A DNA stretch of 64,000 bases from Squalus acanthias. Taxonomy: Eukaryota. The first letter of the stretch is position 1, and every line of letters begins with the position of its first letter. The notes beneath the pieces were generated by a model. The model was not told the origin of the DNA and searched no databases. It worked only from the letters and a program-made list of their open reading frames with translations. The position numbers and the translations under genes are program-made. Location: the NCBI GenBank assembly GCA_030390025.1, contig CM059431.1:151778001-151842000 (forward strand), written 5' to 3'. Shown here one piece after another: positions 56,080 through 64,000 of the stretch.

Positions 56080-58063
56080 ATGGCACGGTCAATAATTGTA
56101 CAGATAAAGGACATAAATTATCATTTTCTCGCAGTCTTTGGTATTCTCGGTAAGTCAATGCATCCTTTTGTTTTATAGTTGTTAACGATCTCACTGTTAA
56201 TGATTATGTTACAGATTCCGTGAATACAGAGAAGTGTGAGGTGATGCATTTTGTCAGAAGGAACAGGGAGAGGCAATATACACTCAATGGCACAGTTTTA
56301 AAGATTGTGCAGGGACAGAGTTAATGTGCATAGGTCCCTGATAATGGCGGGACATATTGCGAGAGTGGTTAACAACGTATATGAATCTTGGGCTTCATGA
56401 ATACAGGTATTGAGTACAATAGTAGAGAAGTGATGCTGAACGTTTATAAAACGCTAGTTAGGCCACAACTGGAGTATTGCGTCCAGTTCTGATCACCACA
56501 CTTTAGGAAGGATGTGAAGGCCCTTGAGAGGGTGCAGAGGAGAATTACCAGAATGGTTCCGGGGATGGGGGTTCTTGGCTACAAGGACAGGTTGGAGAAG
56601 CTGGATTTTCTTTAATTAGAGCAAAGGAGGTTGAGAAGTGATTTGATAGAGATGTAAAAGATTATGGCGGGTTTCGATAGGCTAGACGGGGAAAGGCTCT
56701 TCCCACTAGTTGATGGTAAAAAGACTAGGGGACACAGATTTAAGGTTTTGTGTGAGAGATACAGAATGATTTTAAAAAAGAGTTTTTGACGCAGTGAGTG
56801 GTGAGCACCTGGAATTCACTGCCGACGGAAGTGGGAAAGAGGAGACACTCAATGTTTTCAAGGGCTCACTGGATATGCACTTAAGGGAAATAATCTCGTA
56901 GGGCTACGGGGATAGCGGGGGGTGAATGAGTCTCACTGGAGTGCTCTACAGAGAGCCGGCACGGACTCTATGGGCCGAATGCCCTCCCTCTCTGCTGTAA
57001 TGTGTGTATGGCTCTTTTACTCCTCAACGCTCGCCTATATGACAAAACATCAATGTAGTAACACTAAGTAGGGACACATCTGAGCATTCCCCACAATAAG
57101 CTGTGAGGTTTATCCGGATGTCCCTGTTACTAAACTCTTCTCCCTCTTCCTTACAGCGAACCTACTGACAATCCTGATTCTCTACAGAGGAAATTGCGAC
57201 CTTTCCAAATGTATCTCGATCTACATGATGACCATGGCGACAGCAGATCTACTGATCATCATCTTCCATATACTGGTATTTCAGATTTTCTGTTACCACT
57301 TTCCGCATTCATTCCTGTCCTACACTGCCGTGTGTAAATCCATTCATTACATCAATACCATTACCCTGGATATGTCGGTGTGGTTTACAGTCTTGTTCAC
57401 TTTTGACCGATTTGTAACTATATGTTGTCAGAAGTTTAAAACAAAGTATTGCACAGAGCGAACTGCGGCAGCTGTTTTACCAACTGTCCTTGTGCTGGTC
57501 TGTATAGAGAATATGCCCTTTCCTTTCTCCTATGAATCTCAACGAATCAATTAACAATGTTTCCTGGGAATGCCGCACCAGTGAAGCCTTTTATTCATCG
57601 CCTGCAGTCATAGCCTATTTGCGCATTCAAAATATTTTAGTTCCATGGTTTGCTGTTGCTTTGATAATATTGTTTAATTGTTTAACAGTCAGACGAATTG
57701 TAGTAAGAAGTAGGGCCCGCAGGGGACTCCGGGGTCAAAGCAGTGAGAATCAGAGCGATCCAGAGATGGAGAGCCGGAGGAAATCCATCATTTTACTGTT
57801 CACAGTATCGGGCAGTTTTATACTGTTGTGGTTGACATCTGTCGTGAGTAACTTGAAGAACAGCCTGGCCGTTTACTACAAAGGTGAATATGAAACCCCT
57901 GCATGCATCCTGTCTGAAAGTGGATTATGCTCTTATATTTGAGTTTCTGTACAAACACCTGCATTTATGCAGCGACACAAACCAAATTCAGGCAAGAGTT
58001 GGTGAAGATGGTGAAATCTCCTTGACATTGATTCTGAAATTGGTTAATAAAATGAAGAATTTA
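56080..58063 (+). pseudogene. GPR139-like GPCR copy C, frameshifted (exon 1 56080-56149, exon 2 57157-~58063)
   Basis: Inverted paralog of copy B. ATG and splice sites intact; +1 A at ~57550 gives TAA at 57552; -1 indels at ~57925 and ~58021; TATA box altered to TTAATAAA. Confidence 0.88.
56222..57005 (+). mobile_element. CR1 3' fragment in the copy C intron (duplicate of 27790-28570)
   Basis: Reverse complement of the copy B intronic CR1. Confidence 0.88.
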
Positions 58064-59104
58064 ACCATAGCTTCCTGTCCTAACTAGAGCTCAATTACAG
58101 CCCGTGTTCCGTTTTAGAATGGCAATCTTTCACCTTGGGACAAAAGCGGTTTGTTCTGGTGAAAATGAACAGGTATCAGGAAATATTATTCTCACTTTGT
58201 GCCGTGTGTTTGATGTCTGCTGCTTTCCCCGTGTGAACATAATCGATTCCCGCTAAAACAGCGCCCTACCCGCTCAAGATTCAAGGAGAACAGTCATGGC
58301 TGAGCTTCAGCAGTGGAGTAGAACATGTGTGCGTCAGCGTTAACTACCTCACACAGCAGCTACTGGAATGAGACGCTCAGTTTAATTAACAGATAGACAT
58401 TCCTTTAGTGTAGAAACAATGTGTTACAATGGTGTTTATTTGTAATTATGTAATCTTGATGGGAATTTTGCCGGCGCTGGACTCCCCATCAAACTCCGCC
58501 CCCCATTGTCTCCTGGACCAATAGAACGGGGCCCTGTCTCCTGATCAGTGTCTAATGATGGAGACAGTAGGAACTTGACTCTTCAATGTGACATTAGACA
58601 TCTTTGTTCACAGATATTTACTGAAAATCTCAAATGGTCATCAGTTTGTTGGAATGTTATAAGAGGGGAAATGACTGTATATCCCAATTAGTCCTTCTCA
58701 GCGTTCACCCTCCAGACGATTAAATAGTTCCAATCACTTTATCCACCCGGTCTCAACATCAATTCAAACTATTTTTGTTCACACAATTTAGTCTCCAATT
58801 TTGACATAATTTCGGCCTCTGTTAATTCCACAGCTTCACCACTCTCCATATAAAGAGGAGTCTCTGACCACCCGTTCTAAATCTCTTCAATCCATTCTTT
58901 AATTTATAGCCGTTAGTTCCAGATCCCTCAAATAATGGCAGCAGTCTGCTTCTTTCTATTCTCTACCGTACCTTCTTAACCTAAAGCACCTCGGCACAAC
59001 TCGCCAAAACATCTCATCCTGGTATCAATTCACAATCTAGTACAAGTCAGGTAAGCGTAGTTAAGATTGTTAATTGATTGCTTTCTCTTGGAGCTGGAAG
59101 CGGT

Positions 59105-62100
59105 TTACATAGGATATACAGCACAGAAACAGGCCATTCGCCCAACCAGTCCATGTCGGCGTTTAAACTCCACTCGAGCCTCCTTTCATCTTTCCTGATC
59201 TAACTCTATCAGCACAACCCTATCTTCCCTTCTCCCTCCTATTCTTATCTAGCCTCCCTTCAAATGTGTCTGCACTGTTTTCTTCAACCATTTCCTGTGG
59301 TAGCGAGGTTCACATTCTCATATTCTATTGATAAGAACTTTCTGAGGAATTCTGTATTTGATTTCTTGGTGACTATCTTGCATTGATGGCCTTTAGTTTT
59401 GCTCTACCCCACAAGTGGAAACATTCTTTCTCTGTCTACTCTATCAAAACCCTTTCATATTTTAAAGACATCTATTAGGTCACCCCTCAAACTTCTCTTT
59501 TCAATAGAAAAAAGACCCAGCCTGTTCATACGTTCCTGATAGGTATGCCCTCGCAGTTCTTGTATCATCCTTGTAAATATTTTTTGCACCATCTCCAGTG
59601 CCTCTATAACTTTTTTTAAATTTTGCGACCAGAACTGTCCGCAGTTCTCCAAGGGTGGTATTACTAAGGTTCGATACAAGTTTCGCATAATTCACAACTT
59701 TTTTATTCTATACCTCTTGAAATAAACCCTTCTACTTGGTTTGCTGTTTTATTTGTCGCTTGCATTTATAAACCTGCGTCGCTAGTTTTAGTGATTTTTG
59801 TATTTGTAATCCAAGATCGCTTTGCTTTTCTGTCCCATTTAGATTCTTATTTTCCAAATAATATGTGGCTTCCTTATTTTTCTTACCAAAATGTAATACC
59901 TCCCATTTATCTGTGTTGAAATGCATTTGCCCAATCTGCAAGTTTATTAATGTCTTCTTGTAATTTGTTGCAGCCCTCCTCAGTATTGACTATCACAGCC
60001 GAACCCTTCCCCCAATTTGGTGACATCCGCCAAGTTAGAAATAGTGTTTTTGATTCCAAAGTTTAAATTGTTAACTTAAATTGTGAACAAACATGGTCCC
60101 AGCACTGATCATTGTAGGACCCCACTTTGCATAATCTGCCGCTCCGTATAGCTAACCTTTACCCCTACTCTCTGCTTTCTGTCTTGAAGCCAGCTAGCTG
60201 TCCATTCTGCTCCTTGTTGCCTCACTCCGCATTCGCTGAACTTTTTCATTAGTCTGTTATGCAGTACTTTATCGAAGGCTTTTTGAAATCTCGATAAATT
60301 ATGTCTACTACTTTACCCTTGTCAACGCTCTCTGTTCCCTCTTCAAAGAATTCAATGAGTGTGGTCAAACAAGACTTTCTCTTTTGAAATGCATGCTGAC
60401 TAATCATTGTTATATTTTTGGCTTCCAGCTGTTCTTCTATTTTTTCCTTTAGTAGGGATTCCATTATTTATCCTAACACCGATGTTAAGATGACTGCTCT
60501 ATAGTCCCATGGACATGTTCCATTTCCTTCTTAAATATAAGTATTGCGTTAGCTATCCCCCAGTCCTTTTGAACAATACCGTTTCCTAACGAATTATTAA
60601 ATATTATAGCCAGCTAGCTATCCATTCTGCTCCTTGTTGCCTCACTCCGCATTCGCTGAACTTTTTCATTAGTCTGTTATGCAGTACTTTATCGAAGGAA
60701 AAGGTCCTGAGGGATAGGAATTATGACCATTTGGAAAGGGGCAACTTAATCAGGGATAGTCAACACGGATTCGTGAAGGGTAAGTCTTGCCTAACAAATT
60801 TGATTGAATTCTTTGAGGAGGTAACTAAGTGTGTAGATGAAGGTAGAGCAGTTGATGTCGTATACATGGATTTTAGTAAGGCGTTTGATAAGGTTCCCCA
60901 TGGTCGTCTCATGAAGAAAGTAAGGAGTTGTGGGATAGAGGGAAATTTGGCCGATTGGATAAGTAACTGGCTAACTCATAGAAGGCAGAGGGTGGTGGTG
61001 GATGGAACACTTTCGGACTGGAGACCAGTTACCAGCGGTGTGCCACAGGGGTCGGTGCTGGGTCCTCTGCTGTTTGTGATTTTTATCAATGACTTGGAGG
61101 AGGGGACTGAAGGGTGGATCAGTAAATTTGCTGATGACACCAAGATTGGTGGAGTAGTGGATGAGGTGGAGGGCAGTTGTAGGCTGCAAAGAGACATTGA
61201 TAGGATGCAGAGCTGGGCCGAAAAATGGCAGATGGAATTTAACCCTGATAAGTGCGAGGTGATTCATTTTGGTAGGGCAAATTTGAATAAGGATTACAGG
61301 GTCAACGGCAGGGTTCTGAGGAACGTGGAGGAGCAGAGGGATCTGGGGGTTCATATCCACAGATCTCTGAAGGTTGCCACTCAAGTGGATAGAGCAGTAA
61401 AGAAGGCCTATGGTGTGTTAGCGTTTATTAACAGAGGGTTTGAGTTTAAGAACCGTGAGGTTATGCTGCAACTGTACAGGACCTTGGTGAGACCACATTT
61501 GGAATATTGTGTGCAGTTCTGGTCACCTCACTATAGGAAGGACGTAGAAGCATTGGAAAGAGTGCAGAGGAGATTTACCAGGATGCTGCCTGGTTTGGGG
61601 GGGAGGTCTTATGAGGAAAGATTGAGGGAGTTGGGGCTTTTCTCTTTAGAGCGGAGGAGGATGAGAGGCGACTTAATAGAGGTTTATACGATGATGAGGG
61701 GGATAGATAGAGTGGATGTTCAGAGACTATTTCCTCGGGTAGAGGCAGCTGTTACAAGGGGGCATAACTATAAGGTGCATGGGGGGAGATATAGAAGGGA
61801 TGTCCGAGGTAGATTCTTTACTCAGAGAGTGGTTGGGGTGTGGAATGGACTGCCTGCTGTGATAGTGGAGTCGGACACTTTAGGAACTTTCAAGCGGTTA
61901 TTGGATAAGCACATGGAGCACACCAGAGTGATAGGGAGTGTGATAGCTTGATCTTGGTCTCGGACAATGCTCGGCACAACATCGAGGGCCGAAGGGCCTG
62001 TACTGTGCTGTACTGTTCTATGTTCTATGTTTGTTCTATGTGTAATAGTGTCTCTTCTGTCGCTTCCCTAGATTCCTTTAAAATGAACGAATGTAATCCG

Positions 62101-64000
62101 TCTGATGCAGGGCATTTATCCTGTTTGAATTCGATTAGTTTATTTAATAGTTCTCCTTTTTAATTTTAAATGCAGTTATATCATTTCTAATCTCATTTTC
62201 CGATGTCACGTCCAACTGACCGTCTCCCTGGTAAATACTGAGGTAAAGTAATTATATAATATTTCTGGAATTTCGCTATCGCTGCCTTTAATTTTATCCA
62301 GACCGTTCCTTAATAGCCGTATTCCCATCCCAAATTTCCTTTTTATTTATGTGCGTAGAATATTTTATTAAGTTGTTTTATGTTTCTTGCTAATTTAATC
62401 GCAAGTTCCCCTTTGCCTTCCTATTGTTTTTTTTGACTTTTCTATTATCTTCGTAATCTCCCTTGCCATGATCTCCCCTGTTGTCCATTTTCTCAGTGTA
62501 TGCCTCTCCTTATCCTCATTTTTTCTCTCATGTCTTTATTCATCCATGGCGTCTCATTAGTGCTCAGTTTGTTCTTGAATTTTAGTGGAATATATTTTCC
62601 TGGACCTGCTGAATAAATGTTTCCCATTGTTGTTCTACATCATTGCTTGCCAATATTGTTGTACATTTTATTTTCCAAGTTCTTTTCTCAGTCCCTCAAA
62701 ATCGCATTTTCTCCAATCTATTACCCTGTTCGTCGTCATACTTATGTTCTTCTCAATTATTACCTGTTATCGTATTATATTATGGTCAATATTTCCAAGA
62801 TGCTGCCCCACTTTTACTTCTCTTATCTGCTCTGTTTTATTCCCCATTACTCGATCCAGTAGCTAATTCTCCCTTTTCGACTTCTTACCTATTGGGTTCG
62901 AGAGGAGTACTTTGCACATAGTAGGAACTCCATTCCCTTATCCCCTTTAGCTACGTCTTCTGCCCAATTAATTCGGGGCAATTTAATCTCCACATGTTTT
63001 TTTATTATTTTTAATAATTTCTCTCATTTGTTTCCAAATTTCTTCCTTCATCTCTTCTTCCACCATTAGTGGTCTGTAGACCTCCTCTAGGAGTGTGATT
63101 CATCCTTCATTATCTTTTATCTCTATCCACTTGAATTATATTTCTGTCTTACTGAGAGCTGCGTCATTTTTTCTACTGCCATTATGTTTTCTATAATAAG
63201 CACAGCTACTCCAGCTCCCCTTTCCCCTCTCTATCTTTTCTAAATATACCCTGCAATGTTTAATTCCCAGTCCTGATTTTTCTGTAACCAGGTCTAAGTA
63301 TTCCCTACAATATCTGGTTCCTCGCAACATATTAGTGCCTCCAGTTCCCCTGTTTTTTACGGACATAGTGCACATTGCAGTACAGAGAGTTTAGCTCATG
63401 TTTAATAGCAGTTCTTGTAACTTTATTTTTAATCATATTTTTACTCTCTAGTTCTATAACTCTATTTATTACCTAGCGCCTATGTCCTCCCTTAGTTCTT
63501 TCCTTCCTATGCTCTCAGTTCCTGTTTCGTTTATATTTAGCCTGGTTTCATTTCTTATCGATCCTTGTTACGAATGCTCCGTGCATTCAGAAAAACAGCC
63601 TTTAATTTTAACGTTTTACCCTTATTCCTTGCTTTCTCCTCATTCACTGATGCCCTATTACCGTTAAGCTCTCTGTCCTTTCCTGTCACACTCTGCTTAT
63701 CTTTACCCAAAGCGAAAAACTGCTCCATTGCCTTGACTTTTAGTTGGAAGGCCCATCAACAGTCCGTGTTATTCGATTCACCAGGATACAGGTCCCAGCC
63801 CGGTTTAAGTGGAGCCCCTCCTAATGGAACAGCTTACTCTTTTTCCAGAACTTGCGCCAGTGCCCATGAATCGAAACCTGTTCCTCCCAAACCATTCTTT
63901 CAGCAAATCCTTCAACTCTCAGTTGTGCTTATCCCTATGGTAATTTGCACGTGGATGAGGTTACAATCCAGAAATTATTATTTTGAGGTCCTGCATTTTA
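59105..64000 (-). mobile_element. Old CR1 LINE (duplicate of 23122-25690) extending further 5' through the ORF2 start into ORF1; interrupted by a young CR1
   Basis: Reverse-complement match to 23122-25690 up to 63114; APE N-terminal remnant near 63340-63395; SGNH-esterase-like GLHLNRAGT motif of CR1 ORF1 near 63790-63820. Confidence 0.88.
60698..62041 (+). mobile_element. Young 5'-truncated CR1 LINE with uninterrupted ORF2 C-terminal RT region
   Basis: ORF 60731..61951 (406 aa, open from 60698) with QHGF, DFSKAFDKV, GVPQGSVLGP, FADD, RPHLEYC; tail (TGTTCTA)n; absent from the paralogous arm. Confidence 0.96.

Larger units (their letters stand above)
23122..63114. repeat. Inverted segmental duplication: arm 1 23122-~30090, arm 2 ~55345-63114
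   Basis: Colinear reverse-complement match across CR1, 3' flank, GPCR exons, intron, promoter and satellite edge (e.g. 23122 GATAATGAAAGATGAATCACACTCCTAGAG vs 63085-63114). Confidence 0.95.

Noticed and set aside
57550..57925. Compensating +1/-1 frameshifts rescuing copy C
   Set aside because: The +1 creates an immediate TAA at 57552-57554, and a third indel follows at ~58021.

Overview
Eukaryotic, repeat-rich vertebrate DNA, most likely from a cartilaginous fish (inferred from the style of the CR1/Penelope families and the GPR139-like gene type). About half of the window is a 26-bp tandem satellite (consensus CTCTACTCTAACATTACTGGTGGTGA) in arrays at ~9.0-23.1 kb and ~29.7-48.6 kb, with reverse-oriented remnants at ~51.3-51.7 and ~55.1-55.7 kb. 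There are three two-exon class A GPCR genes of the GPR139/GPR142 type. Copy A (minus, 6088-8621) is intact. Copy B (minus, 26730-29284) has an open frame but its start codon is CTG. Copy C (plus, 56080-58063) is frameshifted. In all three the satellite begins ~300 bp upstream of the TATA position and in the same orientation relative to the gene, so the locus looks like repeated [satellite array - promoter - GPCR] cassettes. B and C lie in the arms of a ~7-8 kb inverted duplication around a ~25 kb spacer. The rest is CR1-group LINE fragments of different ages (one young, with an intact 3' ORF2), two Penelope-like elements with hammerhead-ribozyme motifs, a LINE 5' end with a tRNA-like head, a probable MITE and two convergent tRNA-Lys(UUU) pseudogenes. 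Boundaries were read by eye and identities are visual estimates, not computed.
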